DNA of 37,495 nucleotides, from assembly GCA_964200185.2 (NCBI GenBank), contig CAXNAD020000038.1, positions 1-37,495 of the forward strand, in the 5' to 3' direction. This DNA comes from Choristocarpus tenellus KU-1152. Taxonomy: Eukaryota; Protista; Phaeophyceae. The notes under the pieces are model-generated. The model did not search any database and was not told the origin of the DNA. It saw only the letters and a program-made list of their open reading frames with translations. A program made the position numbers and the translations under genes. This document shows, piece after piece, positions 1 through 13,718 of the stretch (the stretch's first letter is position 1; each line of letters begins with the position of its first letter).

Positions 1-20
1 CCCCCCAGATACTTTGACCC
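1..20. mobile_element. Terminal inverted repeat of another family member, truncated by the window edge
   Basis: CCCCCCAGATACTTTGACCC matches the TIR at 33083-33104 and ends in CCC (CYC). Confidence 0.5.
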
Positions 21-1564
21 CTTGGCATGGACGTTGGAGTTAGTCGTCATGAACATCACTTTGTAGTCACGTGTGATCATCCCTAAGTACCAGGGTGTGA
101 CTGCAGGTAGGGGAAGTAACCTCATGGGTGGGAAACTGCAGAAGTTCTATGTGGTGTGGGAGAAGGGCCTTGTAGACACAGCATGGAGGGGTTTCCTAAT
201 ATAGCTGAAGCGTTTGCAGTAGTTGATGTTTGGCTGGATCTATGCTCACTCCTTCAAGAAATAACAGAGCTGTAAGCCCCAACATGGGGTAGAGTCCTTA
301 CATGCTATCACAGATCAGTTCCTGTGGTTGAACTGTCTACAGCTGGCTCTTGCTGTTCAACATGCTCTTTTGGGAGGGAGTCAGCTGTGGTCCAAGGTGT
401 ACACTCCAAGGGGCAGTACATGTCAAAGCATTGTGCACCCTGATGGGTGCAATAAGTCTTTCGGGCATTTGCTTTTGGGCCTCTCGAAGTGGCATGCTTG
501 GAGAGACTTGGCCAGTGATTTCCATTCAATCATTTTTTCCTGTCCAACCTGGAGCGCTAATCTTGGGGTGACTTAAGAGGTGATGCATCGCAAACAACGC
601 GATTTCAATTACCTTCAACAACAACTCTTGGGTTTTGGCTTGTCTCGGCCAGAACTGGATGAGGATATCACACGTTGTAGTTGACTCTTCCAGGCTGTAT
701 TTTTTAAGCTGCGACATCATAGTAGGGTGCAGACCAGGCAGCGAAACATCATGCACATATCGAACCATTCCCCACTCTAATGAGTTGAGGGTGCCTGCCT
801 CTTGGGGCGCACATAGGTGCCTACGAAATGGCATGACCTGGGGAAGAATGAGCATGGATTCCTGGGTATCTCACATTGCCCATTTCTTGTGTAACTCAAG
901 CAACGTACGACCACGAGGATAACGGTCAACAAAACTGCGTCTGCAAATGGTCGATTCTCATGGAACTTGGAGCTTGAGAATGAGAAAGAGAGTCACATAG
1001 GCAGAAGGGACATGACAAAAAAAATGGAGATGGTAATGTCTCATTGGCCAGTGCCCTTCGTAGCGTTCTTTCCTCTCCCTCCTTGACAAAAACAAAAAAA
1101 AAGCTTCGGGAAAGTTCTCGAATTCCTTTGAGCTACTAGGACAGCGTGGAAGTGCGTTCGAGAGCAGCATGTATTCTTCTCTTGCACTCACTTGGAGCAT
1201 GTATATAGAACACTAGTCAAGAAGAAAAACGTTTCCGGTTTTTCCTCGTGTCGATACACTCAAGGTCAATCAATGCTCTTATTGTCCACATCGCTCCTAC
1301 TCTCATACCTTCGGTGTTTTGTGTCCCTTTGGTGTTTGCGTCCTGTTTCCACTCCTGAAGTACACAAAACCTCATTTTACGATTATGGAGGCCTCCTCTC
1401 CTTTCTCCAAACTCCTTAACTCCAAAAATAAATAAAAATAACCCCCCCCCCATCACGTCCAAACTGAGTCACACAACAACAGGGTGGAGTGACCAAAGAG
1501 GGGGGGGGATGGGATGGGGGAGCAGGAAGATAGGAAAGTCCTATTCCCACCCATATCCCTTCAC

Positions 1565-4139
1565 CTGCAGCTTTCAGTACATTCCACCTTCTCAACATCC
1601 CTTGTCTGAATCAACACAACACTTCCTTCTTACTCCTCACAAACTAGGAAGGATTTAAATACTTAGCCACCAACTCCAGTCTCGTCTGCTGCTCCTAACA
1701 TCTACGAATACGCAGTACTGCTTCTACCACACCATACACTTTCCAAACCCCCGAGACATGATTGTCACCCTTCCTCCCATTTTTTTTTCAAGTACACCAA
1801 AAAAGGTGTACAAAATGTTCTTTTTTCATTCTTTCATGACAAAAAAAAAGAAGAGGGTTTTTCTCGCCCTGGTTATCGCATCAAATCCCTCTACTCAGGT
1901 ATACACAAATTTTCGACCAAGGCAAACTTCTCACAGATTCCTCACACCCATCCCCAGCCTTCTGTATCTCTCTCACCTTCCACTATCACCATGTCCTGCC
2001 TTACGACTTGCCCATCCCTGCCGGCCTCTGTTTCCTCCGCCATGCCCAACACCATTCTCCATCCTTAGCCCATTTCCCTGCCCTCCCCCCACTCCACCAA
2101 GGTCTACCCCTCCTCCTTGTGCAGTCCCTCCACCTGTTGCAGAGAGGGTAGCATAGCTGAAGCTATTCCCTTCAGTGTCATCGCCATCAATAAATCCAAC
2201 AAGGTTCAGGAGTTGACCCGGAACCGTGTCTCCCTTACGCCCCTGCCCCTTCCCCAGCCCCTGCCCCGCATCACCCCCAAGGGCCTTAGCAAGACCAGCT
2301 ACCATAGTGGCAAACACTTCCTCGAGCAGGAGGCTCTCAAAGACATCTATGTACTGCTCAGTGCTCTGGAAAAGTGTTGGAACCTTGCGAGTTATTTTAT
2401 TGTAGCGGGAAATCATTGTTTTTGTTGCGATAGGTGGGGGTAGGGAGGGAAGACCGGAAACATGTGTGAGCACAATTTTATCAGTGTGGAGGGATCCTCA
2501 GAGGGAATTTCAGAATTGAGTGAGGTTTCACAGGCAGGAGGGGGATGGGAGAGACAAAAGAGAATGAGGTCAGGCAAAGTGCTAGATATACGGAGAGGTA
2601 CTCTCGTGGGCAAAGGTGAAGGGCAGCAAGCGAGATTAGATGGGTCTCCATCGTATGGGGACATGCTCTATTTAAGGAGATGAGTCTATTCTCGTGCTGC
2701 AATAGGGATATGGTTTCATGGACTGGCAAGGGAAGAGAGAGGACACCCCAATGGGTCTACAGCTTTGCAGTAAGGCACAGGGACAAAGGGTTGCATGTAA
2801 GTAGCAGTTTGATATTTGACAAAGGGTCTCACAGCTCGTTAACCATAATGTAGCTGGGGTTCTAGAGAAAAGACACTGCAAGATGGGAGAGGTAGGGTTG
2901 AGGCTCACGGACTCACAGGACAAGGACAGGTTGCAAATAAAAAAAAGGGAACATACAGTGGGCATCATGATATTTACCTTGGGAAGTACAACATCCAAAA
3001 GCCCCCCTCCGCCTCTGCACTGTCCCAGACCCCGATCTCCACTGCTGCAAGCATCACCACCTACACCCCCAATCCCTTCTTTTTCACCACAGCTGACATT
3101 ATTGACGGTACCCTGCCTCTCCATCCCTCCCCCCCCACATCCCTTTTGCATTTTCCCCCTTCGAGCACTATCCCTCACCGAAACCGGGTCAAGTGCCATC
3201 CCTCCCTCCCCCCACCGCTCCCTGCCACCTCCACCACGGTTCTCACTCCTACCTTTTCCCCTGAAACCACTGCCACGACGGCCAGCACCATTTTCACCCT
3301 GGTCCTTACCTCTACCACCCTGCTGCTTTCCCTGCCCTTCCACTGGCACCCTTCTACCATTGTTCTCCCCTTCAGCCGCAGCAATGGCCAGCTCAGAGGG
3401 CAACCAGGCAGACAGTACCAACCGGTGGAAGGCCTTCGTCCTTGATTCTAAATCTGATGGATTGGTTGCAGCACGTACTGTGGCAGAGAGATGCGCCATT
3501 GCTGACTTTTTAGCTCTGGCTTCAAAGAGCCGTCCCCTCCCCCCACCGCGCACACTCTTGGCTGAGGCCTTTGACCTACCCGCACTTCCTAGCAGGCTTC
3601 CCAACTTGCCCTTGCCCTTGCCCTTGCCCTTGCCCGGGGCGCTGGTGCTGATGCCCTTGTTGGAAGTGGAGGGCAGGGAAGAGACATTTTCCTCTTGGAC
3701 CTTGGAAGAAGGACCCGGCAAGTTTCCTGCCAAAAATAAGCACACAAGAATGTCTATGCAGTGAGGGTGTGGGTCAGGTTGAAGGATGGGTTGGAGTGGT
3801 GTGAAACACAGAATTCTGTGACGGCATGGTATTGTATTACCACACTGTGTTGGGGTTCCCACGTGCAAGTCAATAGTATACTAACATGGAGGCGATGGTG
3901 GGGGGCTAAACCTCAAACTCAAACTGCTTCAACCGTGCCCTGGCACATCTGCCATCAACAAAAATTTACAAGATCCAATAACTAGAATCCACGGCAACAG
4001 TTAACCCTGGCCTGAATATTATTCAAAAGTCCATTACCAGCACAAAAATTCCTCACAAAAACATGTTTCCACTCTTTCATCTCCTGATCACCTCTATCTC
4101 TCCCCTAACACATGCCACCAAGTTAAACAGCTTTGCCCC

Positions 4140-4171
<32 letters not shown>

Positions 4172-7100
4172 ACCCAAGCCACCAACATAAACAGCCTTCC
4201 CCCCCCCCCCCCCCCCTCACACACACACAGCAACACACCGCTAACATTACAATCCCTTCTCATTTCCTCGCATTACCTGCTGCAGATGTTGCGGAGGATG
4301 CAGGAACCTTTGTTTCACCTCTTTCCGGAGTTGACAAAACCATCTCCTTCCGCTGGATCTCCCTCCATCTATCCACAACTGAAAGGGAGGAAGTTTTGGG
4401 GTAACAGGGATCAGACAGAGTCGGTGCCAGCAACGATGATACTGGCACCGCTAATGGCATCTGTTGAGCCTCCTCCTGTTCTCCCACCTCCCGCTTAGAC
4501 GGCCCTTGTCCACTTTGCTCCTTCAACTCCTTGTCCCCACTACATCCACGAGTATTACTAGACTTGGTGTGGGCCCTTACCCCTACAGATTTTGAACTTG
4601 TGCTTCCCTCAGCCCTGCCTCCCCGTGACCTCATATCAGTTATTTCCACTGCAACCCTATCATCCACTCCTGGAGAGGACTTGGCATCTTTTCTTTTCGA
4701 AGACGGCCAGCCCCGCAGTGGTTTACCAGCAGAGGAAGTCCCTCCTTGCGTTGAAGATATATTGTCACCATCTCCCTGCCCCCTCCACTCCCCTCTGCTT
4801 CCCCCACTCCCACCATTCCTATCTCCACCACCTTTGTTATCATCCCCCAACCAACGTGTAAGGTCTGCCTGCCGCCTAAACCCCCCTGGTGGAACCATCC
4901 GGGTTGACTTTTGATTCTTGAGCCTGGTAGGCCATCCTTGGGCCGCTGTCGCCTCAACTACTAGCCCACTCTTACCCCCACTCTTAATAATTCTGGCAGC
5001 TCCACCCCCATCCTTACTACTCCCATGCCTGGTTGTGAGCACCTTTTCAGCCGCTCTGTGTAGGTCATACAGTATGCCCTCCTCTTCTACCTTACCCTCT
5101 CCACGTCTCTCTACTTCACCCTGCCATGCAATCAAACCCTGGCCCCCCTGTTGATGTTGGTTAGGGGGCGGCTGCTGGCTATTCTTCAGCCAAGGAAACG
5201 GTCGTTGTCCACGGTTCCCAGTCTCCGCTCCACCTTGTGCCCCACCCGCTCCAATTATTGACAGCAGGTCATCGGAGGCCAGACCATTGTTCACCAGCCC
5301 CCCCCTACGCTTCGGGGGTGATTGTGGCGGAAGAGAAGGGGGCAACGGTATTGGATCCAGAAACGGATTGGAAGAGTACGAAGTATGGGCCCCATGTTGG
5401 GCAGGAAGGGGTCCCGAATCAATGACAGAGTTTGCAATACACTTGGCATTGGCATCAGCATTGGAGTGGATGTGGGAATTGGAGCTGGAGGCATTGGCAG
5501 ACACAGGGTGGTGGTTTTGAGCAAGGGTGGGAAGGAGGGATTCGGTGACAAACAAAGCTGCATCCCTTCTGATCGCTGCAGGGAGCCACGTCGTAGTTAC
5601 CCAGTCCAGGAGTGGGGCTAGCCAGAGTGCTTCAGAACGGCGAAAGGCTGAGACCAGTGATGGGCGGTGGCAGGAGGGCAGTGGTCCTGTAAGAAGGGGC
5701 CACACCCTAATGCACAACAAAGTATGCAAGAAAAGGAGTGAAGGGCAAAGCAATGAGAGAGTGGGATTGGGGTCACAGATGACGACAAGGGAAGGGGGGA
5801 AGGGAGTGAATGTAGGGAGAGAGAGGAGTAAAGTAAATGGAAATGTAACAATTGCAGCACTGAAATATGTCCTACCGTTGTTGGGGGAACTGTGCCATTG
5901 GGACGCTATACTTAGGCATTCCGCACCGACACTGGGTGAAAGAGAAGCAAGTTTTTTCACGCCTCTCACATCACATGCAAACCCTCTGAAATACTATTCT
6001 TTTTGCAGAAAAAAATCTCTCTTCACTTATCACACGATTATATGGTTGAAGTTGCAAGGGGTTGTGGTTCGCACGGGGCATTGCAACCAAAATTACTGAA
6101 ATATTTCCAACAGAGGTCGGGGAAATATGATAGCACAACCTTCAGCAGCCAACCTTCCGTCACCTCACCCTTCTCTACACTCCACACCTCATCCCCCTTC
6201 CCCCTGATCCAAAATCAACTGGACGTTATTCGAATAAAGCTCAACCCCCACCCCAACCCCACCCACAACAAACATTCCCACCACCACCATCCACAACCCG
6301 ACCATAGATAGCACTCCCAAAGCAAGACAAAACACACTCTGCCTGCATGAACTCAAATACCTCTTCAGTGTGCCAAACAGCGGAGAGAGCGCCTCCTCCA
6401 TGACCTTCAAACTCTCCTCACTGTGCACCGACAGGGCTTCTGGTATCACAACCAGGAAGGCAAACTCCCAAAACGCCTCCAATGAAACCCATAGCCGGTT
6501 CTCCTCTTCTGCCTTCCCCTCAGTTTTTTCCTCACTGCAAATTGAATTTGTTGAATCTCCTGCCACATTCCCATCTACCCCCTGTTCCCCCCTCACCTTC
6601 ACCTCCTCCTCCTTCACCTCCCCTTCCTCCATCTCAATTCTGATTGTTAACTCTCTGCCTGCTGAGGAACAAACAGTGCCATACCTGTCAGGAAGGCAGC
6701 CTTTGTGTACCTCTACCTTCTTAGATCCACTATGGTTCAGTGGGAGAAGTGACCTGGGAGCAAGAATCCCGACAGCTTTCAGGAGCTTACCCCATATGCG
6801 AAAGCCAAGATGGGGCCCCATTGTCCCCAGAGCTCCCAATATCTGTCTCATGTGAGGGCAAGATTGTGTGCATTGACAGTATTTTGAGGACAGAGAGAGT
6901 GAGTGGTGGCAGGGGAGGGGGAGGGCACATGTTGGTTGCATTAGGAAGGCTGTAATCAGGGCAAGGCTTGAGGTAGTGTGTTCATTAGGAAGTGTCCGGT
7001 CTGGCAGGAAAAACAAACAAGTAAGTCCAGAGTTCTCACTGCAGGCATGTACAACTATGAGAATAGTCTTTGGCAGACAACATAACTTCAGAACCAAGCA

Positions 7101-10100
7101 TCCTTACGGAAAAAAAAGGAAAAAAGTTGGAAGTATTACAAGAGTAGAGTTGGAATAAGTTCACTCTACATGCCCCTCTAAATGCAGCGGTTAAGAAGTT
7201 TTGCTGCGTTGGTATCCAAGGTCGATGCCATCGTGCTTTCCCTAGTTACGGCTTCAATAGCGTATAGTGTATCTCAAGTTTAGACATCTTACATTTCTTC
7301 AAAAGTAAGGCTTGTAACAAATGTACTGGCTACCAGCAGAAGCGAATGTATGGATCACCGTAACTATCGCAACACACCGCCCTCTCCTTCTACCTACAGT
7401 CTAAACACCATTTTGCCAAACTTTATTGAACGGATGATTGACCCCAAACGAATATATAATAGCTTTTTCGCTTTGGATTACAGTGCCCCAGCCTAACGTG
7501 CCTCCCTATTCACTCACAGTATATGAAAATTTGTGTATGTCGCTTTGTACACCCCCAACTAGTCCACAGACCCCACCACCAGTACATACAATGAACATAA
7601 ACTATGTAATGTAGAGTAGATATTACGAAGGTGTGATTAAAGTGTCTACAAAAAAACAAGCGCACACACCCTCCAGGCTCAGCCCCTCCCCCCTGTTTCA
7701 CAGTCACAGAACGTTCCCCAATATCCTCCCCGATCAGATTTTCCCCCCTTTTACATCCCCACCCCCAGTCTCTCGCAAAAGCCTTCTATTCTCGTTCATC
7801 ATAGCCAGAGGGAGGTACGCCATCAACACCAATAGAGTGGTGGATACAGCCCTGTTGAGGTGGCAGAACCTGCCCTATTGTTCCTGCACCAGTGTGATCA
7901 CACAGCTCCAACCTTCGGATTTGTACCCTCAGAGTATGAGAGTCCTGTGGCACCAAACTCGTCACCATCAAAGGTCCACCACAGTAGTATCTACTTCTTG
8001 TCTCAATATAATACTAGGGACAATTGTCATCAAATGACGGTTGACAGTGACCTCCATTAACTTACAACGAACCAGAAGAACATCTCCTTCCTTAGCTCTT
8101 CCCTGGGTGAAATCCCGGTCATGAAAAAAGAGTTAAGGAAGTGATAGTGTGGTGAGGGGTAGACATATCATGGGTGGCGGCATTCGATGTGGAAAGTGAA
8201 AGCAACACTGCAGGGTAGAGAAGTACGGTAGGGTATGCCTTAGCGAGGTCCATGCACAAATCACTACATACATAGCAGCAACTGAAGTAGGTCTGTGGTG
8301 AAAAGGTCTCTGGAAATACAGTCGAAGACCCATCACATCTACACACCAATGTGAGGTCTCGTCGCTGACGAACAACGATGCATTAGGCAACAGCACTGCA
8401 TTTAGGGCTGGATGCACTTCTCACTTCATTTCCTCCAGGATTATAATTGGTATAATGATAGAATGTACGCCACAGCTGCAATGTCCAGTAGTCTTTCCCT
8501 GTATGGATGATCTGGCTCCCTACAGGTAAATATAGATCTTCATCTACAGCCTCAGACTGACAACATTCAGTTGCAGAAATCTTCTATCAATTTCCGTTGT
8601 TGAATTCAATGCCTTGAAGCTCTAGCTCTTCCACGGGTTGTAGCTCTCAAGGGGCTTTGTTGCAATCAGGGCGCCCACTCTGGTTGCCACTGCTGCTACC
8701 TCTTCCCCAGGCCAGTTTCATGGCACAGCCTCAGATTGACCGAATGTTCAGTCACAGAAATCTTGTCACGATTTGCACTGGCACATTCAACGCCTAGAAG
8801 CTCCACCTCATGAGAAAGGTTATTGTCTTTGAGATGCTACGGATAGCACTCCGGGACGGCACCCATCATGCAAGCTGGTGTAGCCTATGCTTCTTGCTTT
8901 AGAAGGTGTTGTTCCCCTTGCATATGCCACCGTTACAACAGTTCTACTATATTATCAGCCCTACCCTTGGAGGCAGGAAGGCAGGCAGGCAGGCAGAGAC
9001 ATTGTGCATTTAGAATACATGCTTGAAAACGAAAATGGCTCACATGTTCACCCGACATGTGCAAATCGGTCACTTGAGTGAATGAAAAAGCTTTGCTTCA
9101 CGTCACAATAAATCTGTTGCCACTTCTCAAGGGATATCTCTACAACCAAAGTTAGTGCGATCATTCATAGTGCCCAAAGCAAAGCTTCATCCCTATGGTT
9201 TCACCAATTTCAGTATCAAGAATTCAAAAAACAACCGTCTATACAAACGTAAGAAATACTGGCAGCAACAACATGAAGTATGTAACAACAAATACATGGT
9301 ACAGGCAACTCCCAAACACTGAAGCAGTGCTCAAATAGAATATTTTAAACTGTACTAGCACGCAGCCCAACAGATGACATTTTCACAAAATAACATACCC
9401 AGACCTCCCCCCAACTTCCCTGCGACTAATTCTAGCTCTTGCCGTTTGGATCCCCGAACCCCACATGGCATTGATGCACTCCCTTGGCAGACGAGAGATT
9501 AGCCACGCAACACCGCCTTCCCCTTGTTGTTCATCGAACACTTCCCCATCTCTATTCTCGCTCTGGTTTCCACCTCCACCAGTGTCTCCACGGTTGCCCT
9601 CTCCACCCTCTCCACTTCCCCAATCCTTACACGATCGTTCAAGCAGGTCTTTCAGTTCCCTTGATTGTATGCCGGGGTTTTTAACCAGCAGTAACTAGAG
9701 AGAGGGTGTGCGGCAAGAGGGCAAGAGGGAAATAGGTGCACAGAGGATGGGCGAGGTTTAGGGCAGCAATATTTTTGCTGTCAGAGACTTCACACAGGTA
9801 ATTGGGAAGATCGGGGTCACTCTAATGCACTCTGGATTGCTGTCTCTCTCACAAGCGATGAGCAGCAAAACCAACAATACATTACATTGCACAATTGCTG
9901 GGTCAAAGCCTCCAGAAAGACATATCCCTGTACGAGTTGTAGTAGTACTCTACCGGTATAAATAACAAGTGACATCTACACTGTTTTTAAAAGATGCAAG
10001 CAAATACGTCAAACTAAGCTCGAGAAATACCGAAATCTGCTCCAAGAGGCCAATATATATGCTCTAGCTCCTAAAATTCTAAATTCGACTTGTGCATGCT

Positions 10101-13100
10101 TTTTAAGTAGAACCCACTGCACTGATGGGAAAAAAAAAAATATGTATCTGGTTTCGATGCCCTGAACACCCTCAGGTGATCCTAGGGCTTGATCAACATC
10201 TACAGTCCCAAGGAGTTAAAGTGCAACCTCTACCGCATCAGAAGATGCAAAATCTGTTCTACAGTAGAGCAACGGTGACACCTTCACAGACGCACAGTCT
10301 CAGCTGGGCTCTCAACTCCTGCATATTGTTCCCAACCTCCTGAGCACTAAAACGCCCTCTTGTTGGGTTCATTCAGCTTTTGATATACTTCACAACACAT
10401 TAGATGTGTTTCAGAACACTTGTTTGCAGATAGAAACAAAACAACGGCATGGGATGGATTTAGGAGGTTGCAAATTTCGGCAGGCCAAACAGTGAGTGCA
10501 CTATCATAGTTCGCAAACCTTGGTGTGCTTTCCTACTCCTCTTGTCCTTTGCCAGAGCTCTATTTCAAGACAAATATCAATGAATTCAGCGCACCCCAGG
10601 CCATGAACAGTGAGTGCACACGAAGGTTGAAATCACCCTAAAATTGTGCAAGGAGTTAACCCTCCATTCCCATCTATGGTTCTCAACAGTTTCAGGACCA
10701 TACCTCTCATTTATTCACTTCATGAACGCCTTGGGGAACCACAAGCACACGTGAATAGATGCTAGACACCCATGGGCTTTACATCTAGTTGAAGGCAGCA
10801 TGACTTATTGAGCCCTTCAGTGTAACTGGGGAAGGCCATTCTTGAGGTGAGCTGAACAACGGTATCTTATAACACAAAGCTTAGACCTTGGTGCAGTTGC
10901 ACCAACCTCTAGCCCTTTGAATCTGCTTCATTTCAAGCCATGTCACCCGGTTTCACACAGCACAAGGCGAGGTGGGACTTCTTTCATGCCAGATGGTGCA
11001 AATTCCGGTTTAGAACAGTCCACCCAAAGACTCACTTACTCAATTGACCCCCCTCCTTCAACTACAAATGCTCTCAATAGCTCAATGCTCCATGTTTCTA
11101 ACACTCATTGGTAGCAAACAGTAAAATGAACATTTGCATGGAACAAATTCCAAGGAAATTTCTGAGGGTGTCAAATTCTACAGGACTAACAGGGGTTTTT
11201 ATGAGTACATTTTGGAGACCTGGGTTGAAAGGAGGGGCGGATATGGGCTAGAATAGGGAAGCTGCCCATTCCAGGTATCTTCCTCTGCAGAGGTAGGCAG
11301 AGGACAGCAGAGGGCCTGGGAGTGCCCTTGTCACAAGGGCAAACAGGTTCAACTGGGGAGGTGTGCCTTATCACAGTTGTTTCCAATTCTAAATGAGGAA
11401 AATGCAGACTTGATTAACAAAGCAATCAATGCACATTCAATAGGAATAGGGGATGTTTTGAGTGTAAAAAATAGGGCATGTGCACCCCTTATGTCTTTCA
11501 GGGGAAGGCAAGTCCATCTGTGAAAGCAGAAAATTGGCTAAACCAGAGACACAGTGGACCCCAAAGGTTCAAGCTCTCTTAGGCTGCTATCGTTGAATAC
11601 GACCCTATGATTGGAGCACCTGGATTTATGAGGGGACATTTTGATTCGGGGGTTTCAACGAGTGTGACATATGGTGCAACTTTCATGTACAATTTTTACC
11701 CCAGTAATGATGAAGTTCCAATAGCAACCGTCATGTATCTGCCATCACTGGCGTTGAAGTTGTAGATGGTGAATTTTATCATCTGTCAAACCCCTTGGTG
11801 TTCCTGAATCAAAACACCTTCTCTCAAACCCAAATGAAGCCATGCATTGCTGCAAACTAATCTACATAATTGAACGGAGTGAGCTTAAGGAGTTTGTCAA
11901 GTATCCCTATGAGGTCCGTTTGGGTACTGTTACCCATTCTATCGCTCCAGTCCCAGCTTAGCTTCACCTACCTAGTGAACTTGGGGATGCGTAAACTTGT
12001 TGAAAGCTTTGCATGTAGTAAGGCCCGTCGCCAAGAACTACTGAGAGGGAAGATAGATGAGACGGATACACAAAATGAATTATGGAGCTTTGCACCCACC
12101 AGTGTATCCACGACCGGAACCACCCCCATCCATGCATTCAGTCGCCTGACCATTGTCCTATCTGACATCATTCCGTTAGCGCATCAATTCTAGTAGTTAC
12201 ATCGAACACACAATAAACATACACGACACCATCACTCAGTCTTCACGCCTCTACCAGCGCTCACAACATCAGCAGAACACAGTTCACCGCAACAAGGTGC
12301 ATTAGCACCCACTGTCTCCCCTTGAAGTATTTTCTAAGCGAAGCCATGCAGTAGCAACTTCAGTGTACCATCAGGCAAGAACGGTGTAAGCAGCGTGTGA
12401 GAAAGACCATCAAGAAGCACAAAGGAGCTAACCTCTCTATTCCTCCATAAAAGAGTCCTCACAGATTTCAGCACCAAAAACAAGCACCGACTGATTGGCC
12501 TCATAGATGCCTTAGGGTGGTACACTGAAGACACGCAAGTGGACGCTAGATTCCCATTGCCTGCACATCTAGTTTTGAGGCAACATTGGCAATCAAGCCC
12601 TTCAATGTTACGGAGAAAGGATATAATTTCAGTGAGCCGACCAACGATATCGATTAGCAAAAATATCATCCCTTTTTGGCACCCTCGCACCAAACCCTAT
12701 TAATAGCCCTCTGCACAAACTTTGTTTCAAAACAAATAGTCACATGGAACCCAGTAGGCTGTAGCACAGGACAAGAACGGTGTGGGAGCGAGTTTGCTTG
12801 GAGTTGCCAAACCAACCCTCACCCTGTGCAAGTCTGCCCCACTAGCAAACACTGCAGAGGGCGCTGATGACAAATTTGCATTGCACTGACACCAAGAAGA
12901 AAATAATTTTTGTTTTTCATCCGAGCTGCACCTTGCGCCAGTTGGTACACAGCAGCTTGAGTAAGGTGCAAAACAACTTTTGAAGAAATATGACGGAAAG
13001 ACTAAGTTAATTTCACGTACGCCTAGACAATGATGGAGGTTTTATATGCGAAACCGCCCTATCACTGCTCCATGGTTCACATTCAAAACATAGCATCAGC

Positions 13101-13666
13101 ATCAATACATCAAAAAGAAAACCCCCAGATAAGGTCAGCCCAGTCAACCAAAATAAGTGATCTATGAGTCATATATTAATATATAATCCCAAGCGGTACA
13201 AAAACATGAGAATTACTCCTCATCACATTTTTTTCATCATCAACAACACACAGAGGAAGGGAGGGGGGCGTGTACATGGGATAGATGGATTTCTTCATCT
13301 CTCTCACCGGAAGCAACCACTGTGACACTTCAGGGCGTAGGACAGGAGAGACTCGGGCCTGCACAAGGCGACACATGATGTCAGCAAATTCACAACAGAG
13401 GGGAAAGAGATGATGCGGTTGATGAGTGCATTATTGTGTGGTGCTTGCATAGCAGTTTCAAACCCTATCAACCTTCACCTCTTTTCATTACCCTGGTAGA
13501 GGCGCTGAGGTTACTCTATATATTCTTCTTTCTTTTTTCTATTCTCTTTTCCTCATTCATTGTATATTTTCTTCATGTAGAGTTCTTGTATCTCTGAAGA
13601 CGCGTGTCTCGCCTTCTCTCAACTACCTTTCCACCACAGGTCTGGGGACCCCTCCGACAAATGTGA

Positions 13667-13718
<52 letters not shown>

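Noticed and set aside
735-780. MVRYVHDV as a Penelope-type RT RYVDD motif
   Set aside because: The DD pair is not intact and the upstream GxxMG motif is absent.
2883-3764. Long plus-strand Pro/Ser-rich ORFs (also 1758..2156, 4531..4914, 6370..6855, 16952..17548)
   Set aside because: These are antisense shadows of Gly-rich senataxin exons.
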